From the NCBI GenBank assembly GCA_043228905.1, contig JBHGNT010000007.1:6386001-6450000 (forward strand): a stretch of DNA of 64,000 nucleotides, given 5' to 3'. This document shows, piece after piece, positions 37,601 through 49,949 of the stretch (position 1 is its first letter; each line of letters begins with the position of its first letter). The notes beneath the pieces are model-generated. The model had not been told where the DNA came from. It was given only the letters and a program-made list of their open reading frames with translations, and did not search any database. Position numbers and translations under genes: made by a program. The DNA comes from Azolla caroliniana. Lineage: Eukaryota > Plantae > Polypodiophyta.

Positions 37601-40600
37601 TGAAGAAATTGCGCTACGAGGTAATATGTTTGGTTGCCCCATTGTCGAAGTACCAAACATTTGATTGTACAACAGACATACATTGTTCAAGTGAAGATGG
37701 GTCAAAACTACAAACAATAGTAAATGCCCATTCTTCATTCTGCACAAGATTTGCAGACTCTGTTTTTGGTGTAGAAACTTCTGCCACAATGAGTCCTGCC
37801 ACAGTTCTTTATAATATGATCAATTCCTTTACAATATTTGCAAAATAGTTTTTGTTTTTGCTCTTGTTTTTTTTCATTCACTTGTGAATTATTAGCAAAT
37901 CTTTGCTTGTTAGCAGAAGAGTTCCATTTACCTTTGCCCTTTTGACTAGCTAGGAAAGCTTGATCTGCAACATGCATAATAGACCTGTTTTGCCTAGACT
38001 GATCTTCTTGTAACAAAACAGAGACTAGCTCCTCGAATGATAAGGCATTGGGATTGTCTTTCATCATTAATTGAAGAGTAGAAGCAAAACTCTGATATGA
38101 ATCAGGAAGACCATTTAGAATGGTTTGCACAAGTGAACTATCTGGTATCATTTCATCAGCAGAAATTAATTGTTCCTTGAAATCTTTGATTTTTGTAAGA
38201 AAACTGTCCATTGAATCCCCTTCATTCATGTGCTTGCTCTCCAATTGTTTTCAGAGATAAGCAACATGAACCTCATTTCTTTTTTGGTACAAAGTGGTAA
38301 GAGTATCCCAAGCATCCTTTGCTGTCTTGCAAGAGTGAATATGGGGAATAATGGCACGTTTCACAGACAAAGCTATCAAAGCATGTGCCTGAGCTGAGCA
38401 TCTCTGCCATCCCAACGAAGTTGCTCTGCAGTTGGTACAACAGAAACTGTAGCATGTACATCAATAGGATGATCAACATCCTCGACAGAATCAGTACCAT
38501 CAGCGTTTGTGTTCTCAACAACATGACATTTTTTAGCCCCTTGAACCACATTCCACAACCCCTTTGCTACTAATACATGGCGCATCATATAAGCCCAAAG
38601 AGGGTAATTTGTTCCATCCAATTTATCCTCAACAGCAAGCATCCGAAATACATCATTGCTCTCATCCATGGCCGTGGACTGAACATGTTTTGATGTAAAA
38701 AATGGACTGCTCAAGGGAATAATGTACCTCTTTTACTTGAAAGATGAACAAGTGAAGAGAAAAGGGAAGCAAATCTGATTTCTGAGGGTTATAGGAATGT
38801 CTTGGAAGACTCAAGGAGGCTTTTTCTAGGATTGAATCGACTTGGAAGCAGAAAAAAAACTCAACTGAAACTGCGCAGAGAAAGAAAACATGTAGAAATT
38901 GGTTTTTTCAACAACAGAAAAATGCCACCACAGATGGCACAGACGGACTGCGTATGAGAGTCGTTGGTTTGCTGCTCAAATGTCGCTCTTTGGCTCTGAT
39001 ACCACTGTTATATTCTTATTTTTGAATCCCAAAAACCTCACCACTTTAGGGTTCTAAGAGTATTTTTAGACAGGGGGAAAAAACCTCCTAAAGAGGGAAA
39101 AAATGCCCCTGTAGTCCTAAGTGTGTTCACACATCACTGTCCTAAGTGTGTTCACACATCACTGTCCTAAGTGTGTTCACACATCACTGTCCTAAGTGTG
39201 TTCACACACATCACTACCAAAATATGTCAACATCATGCCCCACATCATGTCTATGGGGAGGAAAATGTCCAAATTTAAATGCTAGTATACATATTTTAAG
39301 TCCAAGAACCAAGATGCCTGTATGTTAAATCGATTTAATCACTCTAAAACCCTTTGTCTCACTGATTAGAAAATCCATAACCCACTAGTGTCCAAATAAA
39401 CCTAACATGTTATGTTTAGATTAATGGGCCATATCGAAGAAATCAATATGAAGCAATTAGATATGGTTACTTTTTTATTGTGTTTTTTTATTTCCTTCTG
39501 GTTTACTTTATTTCTTATATCTTGATCAGACAGTCATACACCTAGACAATTGCAGGCTTACAAAATTATCATGTTGCTGGGAAACATCTATTCTGGAGCT
39601 TAGTGTAACATGGCCATCAGCTGTAAAATTCTCTTTTTAAATATTTTGTATGCATCTTTCAAACATTGCAGGATTATTTCTCTCTTCCAACCCTGTAACC
39701 CTATACATCTCTCATGTCCCTCTTTTCCCCCATTTGAATACTCAGCCCGATGTGGCCATTGTTCTATTTTTGTGGCAATATTATCCCTTTAAGTTGTCAT
39801 ACTGTTTATTTGCTCTATCAGACTTTGTTTAGTGGTTGCTACCTTCATTATACATCCTTGGTTTGTTCTCTTATTTTTAGATGAAAAGATATTTTTGAGT
39901 ATCTCGTACATTCAATTACTAGTATTTGTGCAGTCTGAAGGACATTAAGTTGTAATAATTGTCGGTTTCTAATTTTTATTGAATAGGCAAAATCTCAGAC
40001 TTAAGTAGTGATATAAGAATCCAGGTAGTCCATATCTGAATGTGAGGTAGTAAAATGACTTCCAGACCCCAAATCAGTGAAAAAATGTAAATAATGAATG
40101 CGCGACAATAATCTTAATTTCAATCTGTGGGTATAGGTAGTAGACTTTTCATCCTACCAATATTTTAACCTAGGGTCTCATTTTGTGTTCATGAGAGAAT
40201 TGAGCCCTTTTCTCACATATAGGTTGTAATTTGCGTCTTGATTTGTAGATCGATCTCATATTTCTGTTCTGCTATAGATATACGCTGAAAAATCATGCTC
40301 AGGGGTTATATTTTTTGCAGGCTGCATATTGCTGCTTATACAAAGGATTACACAGCTCAAGTGCTATTAGGATACATAGCAACCTACATATTCATGCAAA
40401 CATTTATGATTCCTGGAACTATATTTTTCTCCCTCCTGGCAGGGGCTCTGTTTGGAATGTTAAAAGGGCTGATCTTGGTAGTCTTTTCAGCTACAGCAGG
40501 TGCCTCTTCATGCTTCTTTTTGTCAAAGTTATTTGCTAGACCTTTGGTTTTTTGGCTATGGCCAGAGAAGCTAAGGTTTTTTCGAGCAAAGGTACGAAAT

Positions 40601-41123
40601 GAGCCTTCAATATGAGTGTTATGTATTTCTTCTTTGTTATATTTCTGTAGGAGCTAGTAAAATATGCAAAGCTTTTTAACCAGATTGCCCAGCATAGGGA
40701 TAAGTTATTGAATTTCATGCTGTTTCTGCGAGTCACACCAACACTGCCAAACACATTCATCAATTTAGCATCACCTATTGTAGATGTCCCATTCTCTATC
40801 TTCTTCTTCGGAACTTTATTTGGTCTAATTCCAGCTTCACTTATTACAGTTCGGGTAAAGTGTGCGTTGACCTTTTTTTCTTCCATTCCTTTCCGTCGGA
40901 TTTATTTACTTCTTTAATTTCATATGCATAAGCTCAAAGTATGTATCTCAAACCATTACTTTGTTCATTTTTCTGTAACATTATATAGGCTGGGCTTGCT
41001 CTTGGAGATCTTCAATCTTTGGGAGATCTATATAATGTAAAAACCCTAGCATTCCTCTTTGGAACTGGGCTTCTTTTCATCATTCCAACTCTATTGGGCA
41101 GATCCAAGGAAGGCATTGTGTAG
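25688..41123 (+). CDS. TMEM41/VTT (SNARE-associated Golgi, DedA-like) membrane protein, ~281 aa. Exons 25688-25956, 40321-40591, 40684-40854, 40989-41123
   Basis: FPRNLVELRLLK|LHIAAYTKDY..YIFMQTFMIPGTIFFSLLAGALFG..ATAGASSCFFLSK|..FMLFLRVTPTLPNTFINLASPIVDVP|AGLALGDL. All joins are GT-AG and in phase (269+271+171+135 = 846 nt). The start codon is less certain. Confidence 0.9.
28294..28528 (+). repeat. 235-bp direct repeat flanking the outer Copia (second copy at 39233-39467)
   Basis: tcatgc(t/c)ccacatcatgtctatgggg...gcaattagatatggt on both outer sides, with about six substitutions by eye. Confidence 0.93.
29221..34749 (-). mobile_element. Young Tnt1/Tork-like Ty1/Copia element nested in the RNase H of the outer Copia
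   Basis: 707-bp LTRs at 29221-29927 and 34043-34749, apparently identical; TSD AACTG; PBS GCTCTGATACCA at 34028-34039; PPT after 29927. It splits the outer reading frame at ..AAFTATV|ECVWLRRLL. Confidence 0.97.
29938..34011 (-). pseudogene. Copia Gag-Pol interrupted by a single in-frame TGA at 32881-32883
   Basis: ORFs 32881-34068 and 29938-32862 are in the same frame (..KMLLKDV*HVPEVRLNLIS..). CFHCGKPGHFRKNC knuckle, VVDSGAS protease, integrase, LYVDDML RT and RNase H are otherwise intact. Confidence 0.92.
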
Positions 41124-41718
41124 CCTTCTTTTAGTCGCGTATAGAATCTTTACTACATATTTCCAACCTCAAAAGTATAAAACAATGACAAGCATGAGAA
41201 AGCTCAAATTGGGTGTCATGCGTTACTTGACCTTGATTTTTATTCTTTACATTGGAATTACAATATTACAAATTTGTACAGGCAGTTTCACTTTATGATT
41301 GCAATGTCAAGGAGTTGAAACTGACACCTATGAGATTAGTGTGTTGTCAAGCTCATGTTAATTAAAAAAGTTCTCTTGAAGTGGAGAAGTAGTGTCTTTA
41401 TATTTCATACAAAATATAGCTTGTACTATCATTGGTGGCAAGGCCATCTCTAATATCTTTGTAAAGGGTACTTTGGAACAATTTTTGTATCTAGAAAAAA
41501 TATAAAGAGAAAGTGTGTTATTTATTGTGTCTTTCCATATCTTTCTTTAGATAAGTCTGATCTCCATGTATATCAGTAGTTTCTGTAGACGAAAGGAGCT
41601 TGACTGTAAGGTTCTCGCAACAGAGTGATTGTGCTTATTATATTTATTCTAAACGAGTGTGAGGTTTCATTTTGTTAAAACTCTGAGGTTAACCAGAACA
41701 GAGGGATGATCAAATTCT

Positions 41719-41930
41719 GGAGCCCTCTACCAGTCAATTGAGTGCTATACAGGATAATTACATTATTGTTGCTTTGTTTAAATGCTTAATATATATACAC
41801 GATTTAGAATGATTAGCCATTATACTGGGGCCCTTTACCGGTCAATTGAGTGCTCTACAGGATAAATACATTATTGTTGTTTTGTTTAAATGCGTAATAT
41901 ATATATGATGCAGAATGATTGGCCATACTA
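41719..41930. repeat. Diverged tandem duplication, ~108-bp unit
   Basis: gccct(c/t)tacc(a/g)gtcaattgagtgct..aggataa..acattattgttg..tttgtttaaatgc occurs twice. Confidence 0.8.
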
Positions 41931-42030
41931 CATTAATAAAGCAATACTGTCACTGTAATGCTGAAAAGTGGGGGTATTGTTGAAGAAGGTAAGCACAAGC
42001 AGATATTCTATTGTCATTCGTTAATGGAAA

Positions 42031-42720
42031 TTATTTGACTTGTTCCATCATTTGAGAGGACTTCCTACGTTTTACAAGTAGCATTGGTGGATTAACCAGC
42101 TATTACCGAAGAAAGTAAAAGCATAAGCTGATTTTACATCTCCACTCATTGTTGGAAATCATTTGATATTCTCCATCATTTGGCAGGTCTTCATTATTGA
42201 AAGCATTTGAAATCTTCTATCATTTCAGAGAACTCCCTACGTTTTACAAGTAGCATTGGTGAAACCACCAACTATTACTGATGAAAGTAAGCGTAAGCTG
42301 GTATTATATCACCACTCACTGTTAGAAATCATTTGATATTCTCCATCATTTGGGAGGTTCTGCTTTTTGAATAGCATTGGCAGATCTTGGGAGATATCAA
42401 TAGAGTTGGAATAATTACTTTACATATGCATAAGCTCAAAGTATGTATCTCAAACCATTATTTTGCTCATTTTTCTGTAACATTATATAGGCTGGGCTTG
42501 ATCTCCAAACATTATATAGGCTGGGCTTGCTCTTGGAGATCTTCAATCTTTGGTAGATCTATATAATGTAAAAACCCTAGCATTCCTCTTTGGAACTGGG
42601 CTTCTTTTCATCATTCCAACTCTATTGGGCAGATCCAATGGCAATAGATGGTTGTTACTGAAATGCATTTGATATCTTCCATTATTTTGTAACTCTTTCT
42701 ATTTTAAAGAGTACCATTGG
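42031..42720. repeat. Degenerate tandem repeat block containing a copy of the TMEM41 last exon
   Basis: Recurrent catttgatattctccatcattt and cctacgttttacaagtagcattggtg motifs. Confidence 0.65.
42420..42672 (+). other. Duplicate of the TMEM41 intron-3 end plus exon 4, a candidate alternative terminal exon at 42520-42672
   Basis: Near-identical to ~40920-41108, retains TTATATAG|GCTGGG acceptors and reads open to TGA at 42670-42672. Confidence 0.8.
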
Positions 42721-44259
42721 ATGAATGTAGTGTTAATGTTTAAAAATAGAAAAATAATGCATGTACTGTAAAGCACACAGGCATTATGACAAGTGAAGAT
42801 CCATTTCTTCTGTTAATGAAACTTAGCCCTGCCATTAAAATCTTAATTTGCTATCCAATAAACCATGGGGCAAGCATCTTAAATTCATATTCAACATTGC
42901 ATGGCAAAAGCACAAGTATGATAATTTAATAGTCCTTGTGCTAAGCATCTTAATTTGATATTGAATCAAAATGCATGTTTTCCTAAAGGAAACTGGTGGG
43001 GGCCAAATGACCCCCAACTACAAAAGACTAGTACTGAAGAATCAAAACCAGAAAAGATGAGGAATAACTAAATCTGAACAAGAAAGACGCTGAACGTGCA
43101 TAAGCAACGCAAACATTTTTTGCATCTCTTTTTATTAAGTGTCCTCTCTCGTACATATGACAGCACCAGGATCAATCAATGAATGTGCATTTCCTACCAA
43201 TGAAAGGATGGAAAATGGAAAATGGAAAACTTTGTATGCACAAAAAGATGAACCTGTTATCCAGTTTCCAGAAAAAACAACTAAAAGAATGAGCTCTTCT
43301 CTCTTCTCTATGTAAAGAAGAGACAACAATATTTACACTCGATTTTCTATCAGACTATGGATGAACTAATAATGCTTTCTACAAGGCACCTACAATGCAA
43401 CCTCATACTGTAGCAAAAGCTTCTGAAGACATGGATTGGCAGACATAATACAGAAGCAGAAAAAAGGCAATTAAAGATGAAAACTTATCTGAAATTCGTT
43501 ATAAAGAAGCAGAATTCCAACCACAATAAGGATTCTTTTCTTTCTGTGCAACGCAACATAGTTCAGTACCAAAAACATTAAAATGCATGGATTTACAACA
43601 TAATACCTAAGAGAAAAGAGAAAACAAAGGTGGGAAAGAGATCATTAGTAAAAGATTTATCTGGCACTCCATAGGATAGAAACAAAATTAGGCAAAATGC
43701 CAAGCAAAATATGTATTCCATGGATTACAAGCCAACAAAATGATTATAAGCATTCCATGGATTTATCTTTAAACTCAATAAATCTGAGATTTTCCACAAA
43801 ATATGTAGAACTAATGGCAGGTAATCTCCATGGTATACATATGTAAGAGAAATGGCAGGTAATCTCCACAAAATAAGTCATTGGCAGATATTGATTTTCT
43901 CCATATAATTACAAAACAAGGCAGATTTCTATGTAGAGAGGAAGCCACAACTCGAAGTCACTGGTGACAGACAGGATTTCTTCCCAAAACATGTCTGCCA
44001 TTTTCCATTACATAGATTTCCATAGCATACATACATAGAGATTCATCTCTTTGGCAGCATACCAATTCACTTTCAGGAAAAAAACATATCTGACATTTCC
44101 CATTATATAGTTACAAAACAAGAAAGACCATCTTGATGGCATACATACACACGTACATACATATGGATTCATCCCTTTGGCTCTATACTGATTTCAGCTA
44201 CTTGGCCAAACATTGTACATTAGAAAATTAGGAAGCAAAGGCAGGAACTCTCCATAATT

Positions 44260-44946
44260 TCAGCTCTTTGGCCAAACACTGATCTTCTCCTTTTCATACT
44301 TGATGAAAAGTGCCGAGCAAGAAAGCAAGAAGTAGATCTGAAGAGTAAGCACAGAGCTATCATGAAACTTCAAGAAGCTTTTGCCAGTCGCAAGCTCAAT
44401 AAGAAGGATAGCAGCAATGCCCAATGCAGCAAATCTTCCATTGATTCGTTCTGTGTACGAATTAAACCCCAACTCCACAGGAAACCCATCGGAGATTGGA
44501 TCTTGAAGAGGAATGGGAGGAAGAAGAACACTACCTTTGCCCCCTGTTTTCTTTGTATTTGATGTTGCTGATGAAGACGATGCATACGAAGGATTACCTT
44601 TAAGAGCTTTCCGTTTCTCAGCTTTTTTCCCACTCTTTCTCCGCTGAAGCTTGGCAAGGCGCTCTTCAAATCCTGCATCGTCACCCACTGATCCGTCGTC
44701 GTCGTCGTCTTCTTCTTCTTCTTCCGCCTCTTCTTCAGCATTGCTGCGGATCGCCTCTGGATCGTCTGCAGAAGCAGCGATTCCTGTACATCTTCTTCTT
44801 CTTCTTCGTGGTGAGGCGATGAGGATTTGGTGAGGAAGGTGGAGAGGAGACAAAGAAGAAGGGGAAGAGAAGGAGGAGCGAAGGAAGCGTGAGCAGGAAG
44901 AGTGAGCAAGGAGGACATGGGGCGCCATGGCTACCGCTGCTGCCAT
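44260..44946 (-). CDS. Chloroplast LHC-like (stress-enhanced protein type, resembling Arabidopsis SEP4/At3g12345), intronless, ~228 aa
   Basis: Ser/Arg-rich transit peptide MAAAVAMAPHVLL.., chlorophyll-binding motif ELGFNSYTERINGRFAALG, second TM helix and C-terminal KYEKEKISVWP. The upstream part of the 315-aa ORF is microsatellite. The subfamily call is from memory. Confidence 0.8.
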   Translation of the reverse strand: MAAAVAMAPHVLLAHSSCSRFLRSSFSSPSSLSPLHLPHQILIASPRRRRRRCTGIAASADDPEAIRSNAEEEAEEEEEDDDDDGSVGDDAGFEERLAKLQRRKSGKKAEKRKALKGNPSYASSSSATSNTKKTGGKGSVLLPPIPLQDPISDGFPVELGFNSYTERINGRFAALGIAAILLIELATGKSFLKFHDSSVLTLQIYFLLSCSALFIKYEKEKISVWPKS

Positions 44947-45350
44947 CGCCGGAGCTTCCTCAGAAGAAATCTCAGACTTATCTAGAATACTACACTGTGG
45001 ATTATTACGTATACACAGTATGTACATACGTAGACTAAAAGCGTATATACGTATGTATGTACATATGTATGTATGTACATTTGTATGTATGTACATATGT
45101 ATGTATGTATGCGCTAACTTGATGAGATGCAAAAGCACACACTTAAAACAGAACAGAGTAGATCCATTGTACATAACACATACACACACATATATATACA
45201 TATACATGTATACATATATGGATTAAAATTAACATTCATACCACATACACTCCATCCTCAATACATGCCTTAGGTTTATGTTATGTGTGTGAGTGTTTCA
45301 ATACTACACAACACTCGGATTCGTCTCATAGGTCTTATTTTTTACCTTCG

Positions 45351-45397
<47 letters not shown>

Positions 45398-46234
45398 TCT
45401 TCATGTGCCACAAGTCAACAAAATGTTGCTATTACTTCCCCTCCTTACTACATCACTATATTCCTAGAACGGGGGAGATTGAAGAAAGATGTCTATTCGA
45501 AGATTGTCATGGCCTGTGCAACCACACAAAGAAACTACAAACTGTTTTAACTCTCATCAAATGAGAAGTGGACGAGCAAAATGTCCTCCCCACGATTTGT
45601 AACTTCTTGGAACTAAATGGCATCGCTTGAAAATTATGAGCGATCAACGATTTGGGGAAGCGGGTGGGGTGTGCAAAAATTGCATCATAAGCTAACTCAC
45701 ATGACTCTATTTCTCCACGATCTTTTAGAGTGCATGAGAATACACATAAAGAAATAGAGGACCCAACAACCAAGACCAAAGGAGAGAATGGGGAAGGCTG
45801 GCACAAGTTGCTGAGCCAAAATTAACTTAACGTGGTGGGCTAGCTAATTTCCAACATTGTAAGACTCTTTGAGTAAAATGTAAGATTGTCGGAAAATAGC
45901 ATGGTGTGATCCAAGGCTGCACTGTCAAAATTGCTCGACTTTCATCCACATTGGATAACTATCCACTGTGAATATTTATTCATATATTCTGTTAATGTAA
46001 ACCTTCGCGCTGGATAATTCGCAAACACATAAATTGAACGAACGAAAGATATGATAAAAAGAATTTTACATCGGCAAATTATATTAACTGATTCAAGAAA
46101 TTGTGGCCAAAACATGGGTGTTATCTCAAAATGGAACCAAACTCTTATAACCGCTCAAAATGCTATACCAAGTTAAAATTAAATGTTTTTAATAAAAATA
46201 TTAATAAAAGGAAATGGGGACAAAATGTGAGGAC

Positions 46235-49115
46235 CTATGAAGCCAATTCACCAATGTAAAACTCATCCACCATATCAAAAACTCTTGTGGCATGTTGAGG
46301 CCTGAAAAAGAAAAACACAATTTAACGAAATGAGCGATGACAATCAAGATTATTAAACAAAATGCCATAAATATAGCTGAAACATGAAAAACATTACAAC
46401 TCATTTTATCAAATAGTTAATCACTTACCCTAAAAGAGATTGATAAATCTATATTCATTATCGTATAAAAAAGTAGGATTTTAATACAGCCTTTTACTTC
46501 TAATCAATTTACCATCGCTAACGATGACAACTTGATCATGAATTTCCAGAGTGTTTATTAGCCTCTACTGAATGCGGGTGAGGTTTTGTGTTTCTTCAAT
46601 TTACTATCATTTAGAAGAGCAACAAAACATGTCTTCTGAGTGAATTCATGCATGCACTATTAGGTACGTCGTAGACAATCTTAGTCTCTTTGGGCAAACC
46701 GTATTTCTTCTGTATTGTATTTTGGGATAACAAATTTAAAGAGAAGTTAGGGAATGCTTGTTTTCTTCTAGTCTCACTAAGTGATATCAAATGAGAATTC
46801 TACAATATTTCATAAACAATCTTTACATAATCCAGGAGCTTTTTGGGAGGGTCATTACAGTGCAGGCATAATTCTTCATAATTTGAAGGATAGCATCACA
46901 ACAAAATAGTGTTCCTAAAAAAGAGCGATTTTTAGTGTTCCTTTCTTTGATGGATTTTTAAAGTGACAGGTGTTGGAAACATGCGGAGGTGGTTTCATAG
47001 ATACCACACATTTTGGGGAATGCAAGTTACACATACTCTTCCAGTTCAAGTATATTTGCTAGAAAAAACTTAAATGGAGAGAGAAATAGTCCATCTCTAT
47101 GCAATCCAACTTGTATCTTGCTTATCTCGCAATCACACCATATGTTTTGTTTATCTCTTCCAATCGCCAGTCATGTATGTAAAATCGTAACACACCATGT
47201 GCAAGTACTGATGCCATATGCAATTTTTCTATAGCAAAGTAATGTACAATCATAACACAAACATCTACCTCAAAGAGAAGATTTTTGGTTCCCCACAAAC
47301 AAAGCATCTACCAATTTCTCAAGTCCTGGGTTTCTCTAAGATTGATGATGAAGCTCCTCCCTATCTGTGAAAGTCAATGGCATTCCATAGAGTTCGCAAA
47401 CAATATCATGTCGCTTGCAATTACTCGTATATTTGGACAAACCTGAAATGGATTTGCTGTTACATCCTACCGTACCACAAGATCATTTTGGATGGAACAT
47501 GATTATAGATCGGCTCTTCTTGGACTCCGAACCTGTGTCTATGTTCCCATACCCATTGTCCAATTGCTCCACATATGGAGCTTCACTTCCGCTCTCTGGC
47601 TTTCATTCGCAATAGATACATTCAACTGGCCACATTCTACACACCATTAAAGTAGGGAGTTGGATTCCCAATTATTTGGATGTATGGAATATGCATATAG
47701 GCAGTGTTTTACATGCACGCACTCTAAAAAATAATTTTGATTTCTTTCCTATTCAAGGTCAAGACAATTGTAGTATATGTAGGGGGGTATAGAACCTAGA
47801 GATGATGACAACAATGATATATTAACATGATTCATGGGACCAACAATCACTAAAAGGCACTCCCCCTCACCTAGTGATAACAATGGTAAGACAACGAGTA
47901 CCTGACCATATGCTCCTTAACTTAGAGAAACTCATTAGAGAGTGGAACCATGTTTATTAGTCTTTTCTACCATCGTCACATGACTTGGCATGGATTTACT
48001 ACCAAGTATCCTGAGAGTTTATCATACTAACTTTGGGAGACAACTCTTATCATAATCATGCAAAATCAATCAGTTATCTATCACATTTCATTAATCAAAG
48101 AACCGTTTTATGTTTTTTGTCATACCCATAAAACCCCTTGGTGGAATCACCACCGGCGTTGTTTAATATTGCATAGCTTCCAGGATGCTCCTCCACATAA
48201 GATGTAACATCGTAAACCTAGAAACAGAATACAGAGTTTTTCAAGACAGAAGATGCTGTTTGGGCTTACAACAAATGAATGACTGAAAGAGAGGCAAAAC
48301 ATAGGGATAAAGAAATAAAATGCGAAAAATATAAATTTTAAATTATCTAGAAACACTATTAATGTGATGAGCTAAAAACAAGTAGATGGGAATTGCAGGT
48401 ATCACCTTATTCTTGACAATGATCCAGCAATCCGTAGGAAGAGCATGTTTTGCAACCTCTTCAGCAGTAAAGGTCTGTTTCCTCGGATGCAAAAATGAAA
48501 TCATGAACTGAAGAATTAGAGAAGTTGCTAAGAAAATTTTCCACAAAAGTTTTTAAATCCAAGCCACGGTTTTACTACTACCTTTTTCTTGAGAAAATGC
48601 TGGTGCAAAGATATATGATAAACAAAGTTTGGGTCTAAAAAGAAATTCAGAAGTATACATGCATTTTACACAAGCTAATCTGCACTTCCAAATGCTAGTA
48701 AATTAACGTGAAAAAGACAAGAAGAAAAGATTAGCAATGATGAGGCAGAATTCTCAGGAGGAAAAATCAGAGTATTTTTATTTTTTTTTGTTAATGAGCA
48801 CCTTAACACCAGTAGACTTTGGCACAGCAGGCTGAGGGATCTTCTTTGAACCTGAGCAAGAAAAGAAAAAGAAAGAAAGAAAGAAAGAAAGAAGATGATT
48901 CAGAAATATGATGCTTTTCCGTGTCTGGATGGATGGCAGTAGCAACACAAAGGTACATATATAGTTGGGATGAAAAAAAAACAAATGGGGGGGAAGAACA
49001 GAATACCTTTCTTCAGCTTGGATGGGGAGGAGAAAAAGATCGCAGCTAAAGACAGAGAGATGACGAAGAGGGAGACAAGGATGCCGAGAAGAAGAACAAG
49101 TAGGGATTGGTCCAT
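46235..49115 (-). CDS. Cytochrome b5-like protein with N-terminal TM anchor (CB5LP-type), 128 aa. Exons 49115-49007, 48851-48802, 48474-48406, 48217-48126, 46301-46235
   Basis: MDQSLLVLLLG..|..TFTAEEVAKHALPTDCWIIVKNK|VYDVTSYVEEHPGSYAILNNAGGDSTKGFYG|PQHATRVFDMVDEFYIGELAS*. All joins are GT-AG and in phase (387 nt). Confidence 0.92.
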
Positions 49116-49319
49116 TCTATCTCTCTCTCTCTCTCTCTCTCTCTGGAGGAGGAGCAGGGCCAAAAAAACAGAGATCTCTGATGGGAACAGGGGAGGGGGG
49201 GGTACAGAGATGGGTTAAAACTTAAAACAAACTAATGTATTTGGCCTCTCTTGCTGATTTCATCCAACCATAACAAGAATAACCAACCATATGGACATGA
49301 GGTGGGGTCGGGGCAGGCC

Positions 49320-49430
49320 CCGGACCCAGACCCAGACCCGGACACGGATACAGACATGGACATGGACATGGACACGGACACGGACATGGACACGGACACA
49401 GACATGAACCCGGATCCGGACACGGACATG
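49320..49430. repeat. GC-rich hexamer repeat (GGACAC/GGACAT/AGACCC) ~200 bp upstream of the cytochrome b5-like start
   Basis: Directly visible; it explains the PDPDTD/CPCPCP ORFs. Confidence 0.85.
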
Positions 49431-49949
49431 GCTGGGGCCACAACTTTGAGAGAACCCAACGCCCCGAGGCTCGGGTCCTTGAGTCCCTCGAGAGAGATGC
49501 TCGAATAAAAACCAACCAGAAACTGAACCTTGATTGGTATGGTTTCTCTTTTTTCTTTTCACTTTAATGCTTTTGGGACGTGATGGTTTTCCCCAGGACC
49601 TGGATCTTGGCCTCTAGGAATGTTAATGCTCGCTTATGTGCCAATTGTTGTCTCATGGCCCATGGGCCAAGTTTGGTCTTAGAAGACATTAATATATCCT
49701 TCTTTCTCCATCTCCATTTATTCTTTTTTCTTCGCCATGGTTCTTAGTACTTACCATTGAGTGAGCTTGAAAACCAACCTAAGAAAGGGAAAAGATTGTG
49801 ATAGGAAATTGTACACCTTTTTGAGCCACTTTTCAAACTGCATGCTTTCAAAAACAATTGTTATTGCATATGTAACCGTAAGAACAAAAGTTCCTAAGGA
49901 GGTAATTTGTTGCCTTAGCATTTCTAATGTACCGTACAAATTTTATTAC

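Larger units (their letters stand above)
28530..39232 (-). mobile_element. Older, degenerate Ty1/Copia element in TMEM41 intron 1 (LTRs 28530-28837 and 39006-39232), carrying a nested insertion
   Basis: TG..CA LTRs; tRNA-iMet PBS ~38993-39004; PPT ~28838-28848; frameshifted Gag (KLDGTNYPLW), protease (WYFDNGATKH), integrase (TPQQNGVAERKNR), RT (YVDDML) and RNase H (FSDSDWAG..RTKHIEVHYH). Confidence 0.93.

Noticed and set aside
43700-44180. miRNA-like hairpin downstream of the LHC-like gene
   Set aside because: Only short degenerate direct and inverted repeats, with no long continuous stem.
44947-45207. N-terminal extension of the 315-aa ORF
   Set aside because: (TATG)n/(TA)n simple sequence upstream of the plausible transit-peptide ATG at 44946.
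49222-49562. Cys-Pro and Asp-Thr repeat proteins
   Set aside because: Products of a hexamer repeat; no TIR or TSD could be defined either.
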